Source: a virus. From it: a stretch of DNA of 64,000 nt. A program made the position numbers and the translations under genes. A model generated the notes under the pieces. It did no database searches and was not told the origin of the DNA. It saw nothing but the letters and a program-made list of their open reading frames with translations. Position 1 is the stretch's first letter; every line of letters begins with the position of its first letter. This document shows positions 37,521 to 48,041 of this stretch, one piece after another. The DNA lies in the IMG/VR virus record IMGVR_UViG_3300019360_000001. The stretch is one strand, 5' to 3'.

Positions 37521-39815
37521 ATGAGATTTCTAGGTTTTCAGGGAATTGGATATTTGGGGCGACCTGCCGGCATAGGCAACCATCCTAAAAGATGGGCAAA
37601 ATGGCCATATGCCGTATTGCAAGGTCCTTCTGGGCAATTGGTTCAGATATTGCCACCGTCTGGAATTGCTGGTAAAATTCCAACCGCTGACCAAGTAGCC
37701 GCATTTCATTCTAATGAATGCACAATGAACCATTCATGTGTTGCTTGGAAACGTAGACACTTGGTTTTTGTTTGGTGTGATAGTAAAAACACCTCAAGTA
37801 GTATGAGATGCTATGCTTGGTCTCCTGAGCCACAAGAGGCAAGAAAAGTTAATCCGTCGGCAAACGTAAACGTAGACACAAATACAAACGTTAAAGATAT
37901 AATAGTAGCAGACGGATTTCATTGGGAACTTTGGAACACATTTGCCAATATCAAAGACCATGCTGCATTGTTTGCCATTCATGATGGAATTTTATGGGTT
38001 AAAAGAGACAATGACACAAGAGATCATTGGGGAATATATAAAGGCAAAATTCCTTACAAACTAAGTACTGTCGGATATTTCTGGGCTTCAGCAGGCAATT
38101 ATGGCAATCAAGGCGACCTAGAAGATGCAGGATGGTCTAGGTTACCGGAATGTGGAGCTAGTACTAGAAATATTCAAGACGGAGTAGACTTTTCTTCTCC
38201 TGGTTCTTATCCGGCAAATATTAGCCATAATTTATGTGAAATAGTAAAACATAACGATACATTTTATGTAATAGGACAAGGATTTGTTAAAGGAATGACA
38301 ATAGGCTGTAAAGGCAATTTTATTCATCATGACTATGGAATTGACAATAGAGTTGCCGTTGGTTCTTTAACTGGCTATGCGCAAAGAAAAACCAATGATG
38401 TGATAGGCGCTACCATGCGATCTGCATGTGTGCATAATGATAAAGTTTGGATGCTTACAAATGAAGGCAAAGTATATGAAATAAGACCAGGAGGACTTGT
38501 TGAGACAGCAGACTTAACTACTGTTGGGGCTCCTTGGGCCTCTGGAATAACAGGAGGGCAACTTGGAATAACGCCACCTGTTGGAGATTGGCAAGGCGCA
38601 ACTGCTTTTAGGCCATTAATTAGAAGTTTTAATAATCAATTACATGCATTTCTAAACTTTAGAACATCTTATAAAATAGCTAGAGGAAAAGGAAACTTTA
38701 GCAGCAAAACACAGGGAGCAGGAATATGTTGGCTAACTTCTTTCGACGGCACAAATTGGCATGATAGAAGCGAAATGTTGCCAACTAGCGGAATAATTAC
38801 TCCAAGCGGAGGTAGGGTTCCAAAAGCAACTTGGTTGTCGCAAATAAACCCATACATGCATTCTGCATTTACTAATACAAATTATCCTTCTGGATATGGA
38901 CCAAAAGCCCCTAAGACAAACTTTCTAGGTCAAAGTGCTCCTATGTCTCAGGGTGCAGAAGCTAGGCCTTCTGGGTTAAAACAAATAACCTTATTGCCAT
39001 TTTGGTCATCTGGCAATTTACTAGATGTAGAAGGGACAAAATTTAATCTATTAAAAACACCTCTTTCAAGAGGAGCTTTAAGCGGATGTTTATTTCCTAC
39101 ATTTATTGCTTATCCTTCTGGGTATGCATTCGTTAATCCACTTGGCGGAGATGCTTTAGGATTTTTGCCACAAGCATCTGGCGGTGTTTGGCGACCAATT
39201 AGAGGAGCCGGAAATAATGCCGGGGCTTCTGGCTGGGATTATACTGGATGTTCAAATTATCATATTGGAGGACTTACAGACAATGATACAGATGGGCAGC
39301 CTTTTTTAAGGTTATATTTTAGTAGAAATTTCGTTGGAACTACTCCCAATACATCCAGCAAACAAATTCCTACTTTGTTTTATACATTAACAAAAGAATC
39401 TGGATTCTTGCAAGTAAACGAGGCTTGGAATGCTGGCCAATTGAATGGTGCATGTCCAGTTGAATTATACGACTATGAAGTAATTGTTCCATCTGGGGAC
39501 ATGTATAATCCTAATCCTAGAGTTGACACAATAAATAAACTTGCTAAATTGGATTTTACTACTACAGATTGGTGGTTTTGGGAACCATGCAAAGTAAATA
39601 TAGAATATTCAACAGATGGAGGATTAAGCTGGTTTAAAGCAAGTACAAGTGGACAAGTTGTCAATCTTTCTACCGGAACATCTATCACAGATCCATCTGG
39701 AGTTGGTATAAGTGCTGCGCAAAATCATACAGTCTATTGGGAGTATGGCAAAGATTTAAGTAAAAATACTTTATATCATAATGTCAAACTTAGAATAAGA
39801 GCGGTGAAACCATGA
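37521..39815 (+). CDS. Tail / baseplate structural protein
   Basis: Gly/Trp-rich; C-terminal IEYSTDGG..W domain shared with 39812. Confidence 0.55.
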   Translation: MRFLGFQGIGYLGRPAGIGNHPKRWAKWPYAVLQGPSGQLVQILPPSGIAGKIPTADQVAAFHSNECTMNHSCVAWKRRHLVFVWCDSKNTSSSMRCYAWSPEPQEARKVNPSANVNVDTNTNVKDIIVADGFHWELWNTFANIKDHAALFAIHDGILWVKRDNDTRDHWGIYKGKIPYKLSTVGYFWASAGNYGNQGDLEDAGWSRLPECGASTRNIQDGVDFSSPGSYPANISHNLCEIVKHNDTFYVIGQGFVKGMTIGCKGNFIHHDYGIDNRVAVGSLTGYAQRKTNDVIGATMRSACVHNDKVWMLTNEGKVYEIRPGGLVETADLTTVGAPWASGITGGQLGITPPVGDWQGATAFRPLIRSFNNQLHAFLNFRTSYKIARGKGNFSSKTQGAGICWLTSFDGTNWHDRSEMLPTSGIITPSGGRVPKATWLSQINPYMHSAFTNTNYPSGYGPKAPKTNFLGQSAPMSQGAEARPSGLKQITLLPFWSSGNLLDVEGTKFNLLKTPLSRGALSGCLFPTFIAYPSGYAFVNPLGGDALGFLPQASGGVWRPIRGAGNNAGASGWDYTGCSNYHIGGLTDNDTDGQPFLRLYFSRNFVGTTPNTSSKQIPTLFYTLTKESGFLQVNEAWNAGQLNGACPVELYDYEVIVPSGDMYNPNPRVDTINKLAKLDFTTTDWWFWEPCKVNIEYSTDGGLSWFKASTSGQVVNLSTGTSITDPSGVGISAAQNHTVYWEYGKDLSKNTLYHNVKLRIRAVKP

Positions 39816-41578
39816 AATTTACAAGTATAGGCTTCGGATCAAGAATACATTTGCTTTATGGGGCTAGGTCAATAAATTCTAATTTAACTTTCGTGTCAGA
39901 TTCTAGTTCGGCAGATCCAATAGGACCATGGAAAGCATCTCTTAGTGCTTCTCCTGGCGAAAATTGGCTTTCGTCAATATATGGCGGTACAAATTCTATA
40001 ATGCCAGGATCATATAGTAATCATAAGCCTGCTGTCTGGTTTCATGACCGACTTTACTGGATGCAAAATCTAATAGAAGACACAGCAGATGCATATATAT
40101 TATCATGGGATGGTTCTGGAGTTCATAAGCATGGAGGATTTACCGGTGATAATGGATATAATGCCAATTGGCGAAATGGACGAGGAACAGACTTATTATC
40201 TCCTAGTGGGGCGCATACAGTATGTGCTCAAGGATGCGCACATATAGTTCACAATGGAATACTTTTTATTCTTGGAGCTGTTCCATTCTTTACTACATCT
40301 GCCGGAAATGATGGATGGAGAACTAAGAAAGGATGGGATGTTGCATCTATTACAAATGCAGGAGACGGCACAAATAGAAGAAATAGAAGAAAGTATACAT
40401 CTTTTGGCATAGATAAAAGAGCAAAGCACAAAAAAGACCATAAGTTTATAACTACTCCAACTGAATTTTTGCCAAATGCTCTTTCACAAGAAGACACCAA
40501 TGCTTGTGACGCAATCAGCTGGGGCGACGATATAATATTTGCCTCTTATTGTGATATTTTAAAATTTCCAGGTGGAAGTGGAATTCCAGAACTTGTAGAA
40601 ATGACTAGGAATATTCCTTCTTCAAAATCTTTTGAAATATTTCCTTCTGGCGGATTTGATAATAGTTCTCCAGTATTTACTCCTGGAACCGATATACCTG
40701 ACCTCTTAGTTTTAACTGGTAGCGGAGTAATAAAACAAATAAACTTTGTTAACAGTGCTATTTCTGGGACAAAAACAATATTTGATTTGGGCAACTTATT
40801 ACTTGATCCTGCTACTTTAGGTAAAAATGTTAGAACAGGAGATTCACTAGAGAGGATAAGTTCTTCGGCAGAGCCAGCAAGATCTTGCTATCTAAAATCT
40901 TTTAATGGAACGTTACATGCTTTTATTCCTAGTGCTGTTTCTGGCTATCATTACTTAAGATGTGACGGCGATCCAAGATTAGTAGCAAATTGGCAAAACA
41001 AATCATTAACTTTGCCAGATGATATAAAACGTTTTGATGGCGACATATATGGATCTTTTGACGAATTTAGAAATTCTCTTTATTTATTACATGTGTCTAA
41101 ATCAGAATATGGATTGTGGGGATTTATAGGAGGGCAAAAAGGCGCAGGAGGTATGTATTTAACTAGATTAGACACTAATTATAGCTTTACAGAAATATAT
41201 AGAGGTGTTTCGGCCGAGCCTTCTGTTGGTCTAATACCGTACAATAATGTAGGAGTATCAGCAATAAGTCCTTCTGGAAATGGTCCAGAGGTTTTGGCTA
41301 GCACAGATTATGCTTTGATTAATTACAAACTTTATTCTGCTTATCCAAGAACTTGTTCTGTAACAATAGAATATTCTACGGACGATGGAACTACATGGAA
41401 AAATGCAACACAATTTAAAAGTTATATAACTGGACAAAATGTAGGAGATGGCAAAACTGGTTTAAGTGCATCTTATTTCGGAGATTCTCATTCTTTTTAC
41501 TGGAATCATTTGTACGACTTAGGATGTAATGTAAATAAGCGATGTAAAATTAGAATTTTGCCTGTAATGGAAAGGTAA
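39812..41578 (+). CDS. Tail / baseplate structural protein
   Basis: ATGA coupling; C-terminal IEYSTDDGTTW..HSFYW domain paralogous to 37521. Confidence 0.55.
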   Translation: MKFTSIGFGSRIHLLYGARSINSNLTFVSDSSSADPIGPWKASLSASPGENWLSSIYGGTNSIMPGSYSNHKPAVWFHDRLYWMQNLIEDTADAYILSWDGSGVHKHGGFTGDNGYNANWRNGRGTDLLSPSGAHTVCAQGCAHIVHNGILFILGAVPFFTTSAGNDGWRTKKGWDVASITNAGDGTNRRNRRKYTSFGIDKRAKHKKDHKFITTPTEFLPNALSQEDTNACDAISWGDDIIFASYCDILKFPGGSGIPELVEMTRNIPSSKSFEIFPSGGFDNSSPVFTPGTDIPDLLVLTGSGVIKQINFVNSAISGTKTIFDLGNLLLDPATLGKNVRTGDSLERISSSAEPARSCYLKSFNGTLHAFIPSAVSGYHYLRCDGDPRLVANWQNKSLTLPDDIKRFDGDIYGSFDEFRNSLYLLHVSKSEYGLWGFIGGQKGAGGMYLTRLDTNYSFTEIYRGVSAEPSVGLIPYNNVGVSAISPSGNGPEVLASTDYALINYKLYSAYPRTCSVTIEYSTDDGTTWKNATQFKSYITGQNVGDGKTGLSASYFGDSHSFYWNHLYDLGCNVNKRCKIRILPVMER

Positions 41579-41583
41579 GGCTT

Positions 41584-42297
41584 ATGGCGCAGCCAAAAAG
41601 GTATAGTCAATGGCAAGAAACTTTACCATTTAGTCTAAATGACGACTTTTATGGTCCTTCAGCGGAAACACAAAACTTTACTACGCCCATAACAGAAGCC
41701 GTGCCTATTTTATCAGAATTTAGTACAATTGGACCAGATCCATCTGGATGGAGGCATTTGATATTCCATCCTTCGTTTATAAAAACACTGGCATCTGGCG
41801 CCGGATATGCTTCTATAAATTTTGACCCATTAGATTTTAATGCAACAGATATTTCAACAGGAAGCGGAGTATCTAAAACAAAGGTTATATTATTTAGAAT
41901 TTCAGAAATAACAAGTCCAGGCAAAACAATGATAAATAAAATTAAATTTTGGGCTTCAGATCTTAGCGATTTTATAACCAAAGAAACTTCTAAGATTTTA
42001 TATAGGCCAAGCACTCCTTGGCTTTCTGGCTTTGCATTTACTAAACAGGATTTTGCTAATAAAGACTATTGGCTATCAGATACTTTGCCAGATGCACAAA
42101 ATTTATTTAGAACAGGAGGATTTAGAACTATACATGGGAGCGGAGACATGGATGTATCTGAATGGATGTATATTTGTTTAGCCGCAAGCGGAACAACTCC
42201 TTTAGGAGAATACGGATCTATAATAAATGGACAACCATCCGGATTTCAAATCAGAGTAACTTACAACTTACAAAATAGACCGGAGTTATTTGACTAA
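41584..42297 (+). CDS. Tail structural protein (PSGxRH family)
   Basis: DPSGWRHLIFHPSFIK matches NPSGFRHLTTHPSFIK of 36171. Confidence 0.55.
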   Translation: MAQPKRYSQWQETLPFSLNDDFYGPSAETQNFTTPITEAVPILSEFSTIGPDPSGWRHLIFHPSFIKTLASGAGYASINFDPLDFNATDISTGSGVSKTKVILFRISEITSPGKTMINKIKFWASDLSDFITKETSKILYRPSTPWLSGFAFTKQDFANKDYWLSDTLPDAQNLFRTGGFRTIHGSGDMDVSEWMYICLAASGTTPLGEYGSIINGQPSGFQIRVTYNLQNRPELFD

Positions 42298-44666
42298 TGG
42301 CAGCTAGCGGATTTTATGTAGATACAGTTATAGGCCGTTTAAGGGCCGCAGGACAGATTGAACACTGGGATAGAAATAGTATAAATCCCAGCGGCTATAG
42401 GCATCATGAAAGCGGTCAATATAAAGCATTCGCCAAGCTTGGTTTGATAGGAGGATTTACTGCACAAAAAGAAAGTGGAGTAGCAATTAACTTTGGGCAA
42501 CTTGTTGTGCCCGATAATAGTGGGTTTATGACCGATACAGTGCCAATAACATTTAATTTGGGCGAAGTAAATAGTCACCCTTCTTCGTTTTTTAATAAGA
42601 TGGTAGATGACAAAAACGTTGGCGTAGACTTTAAAGCATTTAATATGAGATTTTGGCAAGGAACTCTTGTTGCATTTTCCGGTTTGCCAACGCCTACATT
42701 TTATTTTAGAAATTCAGCAGAATGGAGACAAGGATATATGTTACAACCATTAACATCTTCTGGTACATTAATGAGTGGAGTTCAAGTAGTTCCATCTTCT
42801 ATGCCAGATTGTGATCCTAATGTTTTGGCTAAATCTCCTGATTCAATTTTCGTTTCTGGAAACTTTATAGAGAAAGAGATTTCTCACTTTTTATATGTAA
42901 GGGGAATTTTCCCATCTGGCAACCATATTTTAGGAATATACGGAGGTCTGGGAGAAAAAACTTTTACATTTAGATTTTCTTACGATTGGACCATTAAAGA
43001 TGCTAATGTACTTTCAACAGATACTTGCGATATAGTAAATTTTACTCCAGCAAATATTCCATTTGCATTCTTAGGAGAAGGAATTTCAGGTCATTATAGA
43101 TTAAATGAACATAGTCCCAGACAATCTGCTGTAAGCGGATTTCCTGGAGTAAGTATGACATTGGTAGAATTTTCTGGAGCACCGGGGGCACAAGTAAATA
43201 ATTCGGTGCCTTTTGGCTCTGGAATAGTTGCAAGCGGACATCCTGTTAGTGGCCTTGCTGCAAGGTTCACAGGAAATGTACATCTACAAACACAAACAAC
43301 AGATTGTGCAACGCTGAATTTCGCACACAACAGCTCAGATGGTCTTGTTTCTTTTTGTATTGCTGGCTGGGTAAACTTTAATAATATGACTCAGGACCAA
43401 GGAATTCTTGGAAGATGGCATGATACAAACTTAGAAGCAAGGCATCAATATAGGCTTTGGTTCAATAACACAACAAAAAGGTTTCATTTTGAGCTACAAA
43501 GCAGAAATCAATTTGAGGCAATATTAAGATATCATATTTTTAATAAATATTTGGGAACTCCATTAGCAAACAGATGGTATTTTTTCATAATTGGATATGA
43601 TAAATCTAAAAACGAAATGTTTATGCGCATAAATGATTTGCCCATTGATAGAAGACAAATAACTGACTTGGATAAAGGACTAATAGCAACTTCTGCCGGA
43701 AATCCATTCGCTTTAGGCTGCGCAAACACAAGATCAGTAACAGGTACGCCAACAAGAATGAATGGACTGCTTGATAGCGTAACTATTTTTAGAAATTATA
43801 TACCAAGCAATAAAGAAATGGATGAGCTTTATAATGGCGGAAAAGGCATAGACTTTGTGTTTCCAAGTCTAAGATCTTTTGATTTTGATGAGCCTCCGAT
43901 AGAGCCTAGCAATCCAGATGCAGGACTTAAAGAATCATTAACAGCACATTTTTCTCTAAATCGACCAAGTGGAAGTACAACTTGGCCAGATGATGCTGGG
44001 CCTAGAGTTTTGACCGCAACATTTAAGACTAGCGGAACAATAGGAGCGACTTCAGGTATTATAGACAACATAAGAGTTGTTGGGCCATCTGGATCAGCTG
44101 TTTGTGCTAGACCTTTAGGTTCTGGTTGGCTCCAAGCAGATTCTAATGCTACTTTAAAAATGGAACCAGAACACCCATTTACTATTTCTGCTTGGGTAAG
44201 ATTACATCATATGTCATTAAATCATGGCATAGTAGGAGTTTGGAGAGATATAGGAGCTAATAATAGGCACTATTTACTTAGATTTGCCAGTAGCCGTTTT
44301 GGATTTCAAATGGCAAATGGATCAGCTATAGGAGCGCCTTCGGAACTACAAAGTCCGCAAGATCTCATTATAGAGTCAAATAAGTGGTACAATATTATTA
44401 TTAGATATGATCCAAATGTTAGCATTAATCAATTAGACATGACAATTAATAATGAATTTAGGTCAAAATTAAATACAACATTTGTGTTTAATACTACTGC
44501 TCCAACAGAACCATTTGTCATAGGCGCCTATAATACCGCATCAACTACGCCTACTTTTTCTGACATAGACGTAGATGCTGTCACTGTTTGGCGACGTAAA
44601 ATAACTGATAATGAAATAAAGGTCATTTATAATGACGGGGATGGGGTAGAATGGAAAGTGCTATAA
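42297..44666 (+). CDS. Tail protein with PSGxRH domain and two LamG/concanavalin-like domains
   Basis: FCIAGWVNF..NRWYFF..LDSVTIF..ELYNGG and FTISAWV..NKWYNI..VDAVTVW..IYNDG. Confidence 0.7.
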   Translation: MAASGFYVDTVIGRLRAAGQIEHWDRNSINPSGYRHHESGQYKAFAKLGLIGGFTAQKESGVAINFGQLVVPDNSGFMTDTVPITFNLGEVNSHPSSFFNKMVDDKNVGVDFKAFNMRFWQGTLVAFSGLPTPTFYFRNSAEWRQGYMLQPLTSSGTLMSGVQVVPSSMPDCDPNVLAKSPDSIFVSGNFIEKEISHFLYVRGIFPSGNHILGIYGGLGEKTFTFRFSYDWTIKDANVLSTDTCDIVNFTPANIPFAFLGEGISGHYRLNEHSPRQSAVSGFPGVSMTLVEFSGAPGAQVNNSVPFGSGIVASGHPVSGLAARFTGNVHLQTQTTDCATLNFAHNSSDGLVSFCIAGWVNFNNMTQDQGILGRWHDTNLEARHQYRLWFNNTTKRFHFELQSRNQFEAILRYHIFNKYLGTPLANRWYFFIIGYDKSKNEMFMRINDLPIDRRQITDLDKGLIATSAGNPFALGCANTRSVTGTPTRMNGLLDSVTIFRNYIPSNKEMDELYNGGKGIDFVFPSLRSFDFDEPPIEPSNPDAGLKESLTAHFSLNRPSGSTTWPDDAGPRVLTATFKTSGTIGATSGIIDNIRVVGPSGSAVCARPLGSGWLQADSNATLKMEPEHPFTISAWVRLHHMSLNHGIVGVWRDIGANNRHYLLRFASSRFGFQMANGSAIGAPSELQSPQDLIIESNKWYNIIIRYDPNVSINQLDMTINNEFRSKLNTTFVFNTTAPTEPFVIGAYNTASTTPTFSDIDVDAVTVWRRKITDNEIKVIYNDGDGVEWKVL

Positions 44667-45079
44667 AATATAAGCTATATAATAATATTTTTACATTTAA
44701 TCGTCTATTAGATGATCAGACGGTCATTATAAGTACAGCTGGCTTTAAACAAGAAGTTTTCTGGACTGCGACTTCTAATATGAAAGACTTTATTGCTAAT
44801 ATTACAAGTATTGAACAAAATAAATGCTCTGCCAAAGGATTATATTCTGGTAGAATAGTAGATGTAAAAAATATAAAAATAGTAGATTATAATATTAAAA
44901 ACATTGGACAAAGAATAATGGTTACAGAACACATAGACGTTAGCGGAAAACTAGAACTTATTGCAACAACAAAAAGAATAATTTGCCCAATAAATAATGT
45001 AAATTTTATTAACATTGGCACATCTTATAAGTATAAAAGAATAGATATCTATAATGGCGAAACTAGAGAAATAGGCTAA
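44651..45079 (+). CDS. Hypothetical protein
   Basis: AT-rich ORF filling the gap between two LamG genes. Confidence 0.45.
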   Translation: MESAIKYKLYNNIFTFNRLLDDQTVIISTAGFKQEVFWTATSNMKDFIANITSIEQNKCSAKGLYSGRIVDVKNIKIVDYNIKNIGQRIMVTEHIDVSGKLELIATTKRIICPINNVNFINIGTSYKYKRIDIYNGETREIG

Positions 45080-45080
45080 A

Positions 45081-48026
45081 ATGGCAATAACAGATTCTCT
45101 TATTTCATACTGGAAAATTGATGAGACGACTGGAACAACCAGAAATGATTCTCATGGAACTAATCATTTAAGTTCTAGTGGAACGACTACTCAAATACAA
45201 GGCAAAATAAGACTTATAAACTCTGCTACTTTTGGTAGCGGTATTAATATAAGTGCAGTGCCTAGTGGTCATTTATTTCGTGAAGATAACGCATCTCTTA
45301 GTACGGGAGACATAGATTTTTCTGTTGGTGGCTGGTTTTGGTTCAACTCAAAGAATAAAACAAGATATGGACTTGTAGGCAAATGGCGATCTGACAATAA
45401 TCAAAGAGAATATGTTCTAGACTATGATAATACAGTAGATAGGCTAAGATTCGTAGTTTCCAACAACGGTACAGCAACTACAGCTGTTACTGCTAGTAAC
45501 TTTGGAGCTGTGCCCACAGGCCAATGGATATTTGTGATGTGTTGGCATGATTCTGTTGGCAACACAATAAATATAAGAGTAAATGGAGGAACTGCTAACT
45601 CTGCTGCGCACACCACTGGAGTATTTAATAGTACCAGTGCATTCAGGATATCTAGAGCTACTATAGGTGGTATAGCTGTTCCTTTTCATGGTAAAAGCGA
45701 TGGTGTTGGGTTTTGGAAAAAAGTTCTTACTACAGCCGAATATGACGAAATTTATTCAGATGGATTTGGCAAAGAGTATCCATGGGGATATAGAGAAGAT
45801 AGAAGGAAAATAAAGCCGCTAGGGGGTGGAGACTATACATCTTTACAAGATTGGCAATCTACAGAAAAAAGAGATATAGTAAAAAGTAACGTTATATCAT
45901 TGGCCGAAGTTTATCCTGGGGGAAACGCTAGTAATAATTCTGCTCTTTTATTAGACGGATGGACCACAGATAGAACTAGATATATCTTTATTAGGGCATC
46001 TGAATCTGGAAGACATAATGGCCGTGGTAGACCATATGACTTAAACTATTCTTATGTTAGATCAAGCGGAGAACTGTATACCGTACAAAATCGAGCAAGA
46101 GATTTCCGTACAGAAGGAATGCAATACATTAAGGTTTCTTCGACAGGAAACTTTTCTGCATTTTTTCAAGATGCATCTTTGGGAACTAGCGCTCATCAAT
46201 TGATAATGGACAAATGTATCGTTGTTCTTGAAAGTACAGGAAGTAACGGAGCTTTGAGAGTTTTAGGAGGAGGAGAGGCATTAGAAGAAGGGACTGCACA
46301 AGCAAATATAGTAAAGAATACTCTAATACTTAGCCGAAGTCCTGCTATTGCAATAGGGGCAGCACAATGCGTAAGAGTCGGTGCCGGTAATAATGGGCTT
46401 ACAAGATTTCATCATTGTACAATTTTGAACGTTGGAAGCGGACATGCAATATCGACAGATTCAATTACTGGACATGTTGTTCAAAGTAGAAATAGTTACT
46501 TGAAAAGAGGCGGAACACAAAATTGCTATAATGGTTTGGCCGCAAATTTCTTAAAAGGCGGTGCAGATGCAACCGTAAATAACGAGGCTTTACATGCAAC
46601 AAAAAAATTGGTTTTATTTAATAACACAAACTTCGTAGACACTACAGTTGGACAAGAAAATGTTCACATATTAAAAAATACTGTATTATACAGAGGCGCA
46701 GATAATACAACTCAACAAGCCTTTAAATCTTCTTCAAAGGAGTTTTTAACACTAGATGATTGGGAGTATGATATCAGAGCTTTTGCTTCTGGTAGATTTC
46801 AGCCAATTACTGGTTCTGGTGGAGCATTTGACATCGGAGTAGACCAAATACCAAATGAAATTTCTGCATCTATAGGAGGACTTGAATTAACAGTTAATCC
46901 AGATCCAATATCAGGATTTATAGGCGGACTTTTTTCTTCTGATGGAATTAGGGTTCCAGTTGCATCTATTGGCGGATTAATATTATCGAAGGCAATATTT
47001 GATAAGCAAAAAGTTGGAATTATAGGAGGATTAGCTAGATGTCATGCATTTGAAAAACCTGGATCTATTGGAGCTTTAGCTCATGCACTAATATTTATAG
47101 GAAAACCTTCTGGAGTTATAGGAGGGCTTGGATCAGGAATATTTGCTTTTGGGCCAAATAGCATAGGAGCGATTGTTCTTTCTGAATCGGACTGCAAACA
47201 GTTTGTTGAAACTCATGGAAGAACGTTAGTAAAAGTAAGATCTAAAGACGTTATAGACCAGGACTTAAATATTGACTGTGTTGTTATGCTAAAAGGAGTA
47301 TCTAATAAAGACTTTAATGGTCGATTTATTATAAAGTCTACTGCCGCATCTGATTTTAATGCCAAATTTAAGGTAGAAAGACACAATAGACCTCCTATAG
47401 TCCAAATTCTTTCTGTTACTCCACAATCAGGAATTTTAGGTCCAAATGGATGTAGAAAAGTTATAGTGGTCGCTAGCGGAACATTAAGAGATGGTAAAGA
47501 ATGGGTAAATGCACAGATAGACTTTGGTGAGCCACTCACAGAAACTTCGCCTAAAACATTTACACACAATGCAAGTATTAGTGGTTTCAATACTCCTCCT
47601 ATTTGGTCTGGATATCACGATTATTGTGTTAGCGGTAAATATATAATTACTGCAAGAGGAGAAGACAATTTCGGGATGGTTGGAATGGATGAATTCCATC
47701 TTAATTTGGCCTCTGGTTTACCAAGTAATATGATGCCAAATATTAGCATTAGCGGCACACCAAGATTTGGAGAAGTTCCAGTTTCTGTACAAGTTGATTT
47801 TACAACATTATCAAATGGAATTCCACCAAATTCTGCATTAGGAGTTAATTCTGACCGTAGAATATTATGGGCATTTGGGAATAGGGAGAGTTCAAGTCGT
47901 ACTTCCCCATCTACATTTTATCAATCTCCTGGTGACTATATAATAGTATTAAGATATCTATATAGTTATCTAGATGGCAAAAAGATTTGGGTTTCGGATA
48001 GCTTAAGGCTCGGATATAATGTTTAA
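45081..48026 (+). CDS. Multidomain fibre: LamG, beta-helix module, IGGL repeats and PKD-like domains
   Basis: LISYWKIDE..FSVGGWF..GQWIFV; IKPLGGGDYTSL...FDIGVDQ; seven IG(G/A)(L/I) repeats; IDFGE, WAFGN..P...YQSPGDY. Confidence 0.7.
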   Translation: MAITDSLISYWKIDETTGTTRNDSHGTNHLSSSGTTTQIQGKIRLINSATFGSGINISAVPSGHLFREDNASLSTGDIDFSVGGWFWFNSKNKTRYGLVGKWRSDNNQREYVLDYDNTVDRLRFVVSNNGTATTAVTASNFGAVPTGQWIFVMCWHDSVGNTINIRVNGGTANSAAHTTGVFNSTSAFRISRATIGGIAVPFHGKSDGVGFWKKVLTTAEYDEIYSDGFGKEYPWGYREDRRKIKPLGGGDYTSLQDWQSTEKRDIVKSNVISLAEVYPGGNASNNSALLLDGWTTDRTRYIFIRASESGRHNGRGRPYDLNYSYVRSSGELYTVQNRARDFRTEGMQYIKVSSTGNFSAFFQDASLGTSAHQLIMDKCIVVLESTGSNGALRVLGGGEALEEGTAQANIVKNTLILSRSPAIAIGAAQCVRVGAGNNGLTRFHHCTILNVGSGHAISTDSITGHVVQSRNSYLKRGGTQNCYNGLAANFLKGGADATVNNEALHATKKLVLFNNTNFVDTTVGQENVHILKNTVLYRGADNTTQQAFKSSSKEFLTLDDWEYDIRAFASGRFQPITGSGGAFDIGVDQIPNEISASIGGLELTVNPDPISGFIGGLFSSDGIRVPVASIGGLILSKAIFDKQKVGIIGGLARCHAFEKPGSIGALAHALIFIGKPSGVIGGLGSGIFAFGPNSIGAIVLSESDCKQFVETHGRTLVKVRSKDVIDQDLNIDCVVMLKGVSNKDFNGRFIIKSTAASDFNAKFKVERHNRPPIVQILSVTPQSGILGPNGCRKVIVVASGTLRDGKEWVNAQIDFGEPLTETSPKTFTHNASISGFNTPPIWSGYHDYCVSGKYIITARGEDNFGMVGMDEFHLNLASGLPSNMMPNISISGTPRFGEVPVSVQVDFTTLSNGIPPNSALGVNSDRRILWAFGNRESSSRTSPSTFYQSPGDYIIVLRYLYSYLDGKKIWVSDSLRLGYNV

Positions 48027-48041
48027 AAAAAGGAAAGGTAA

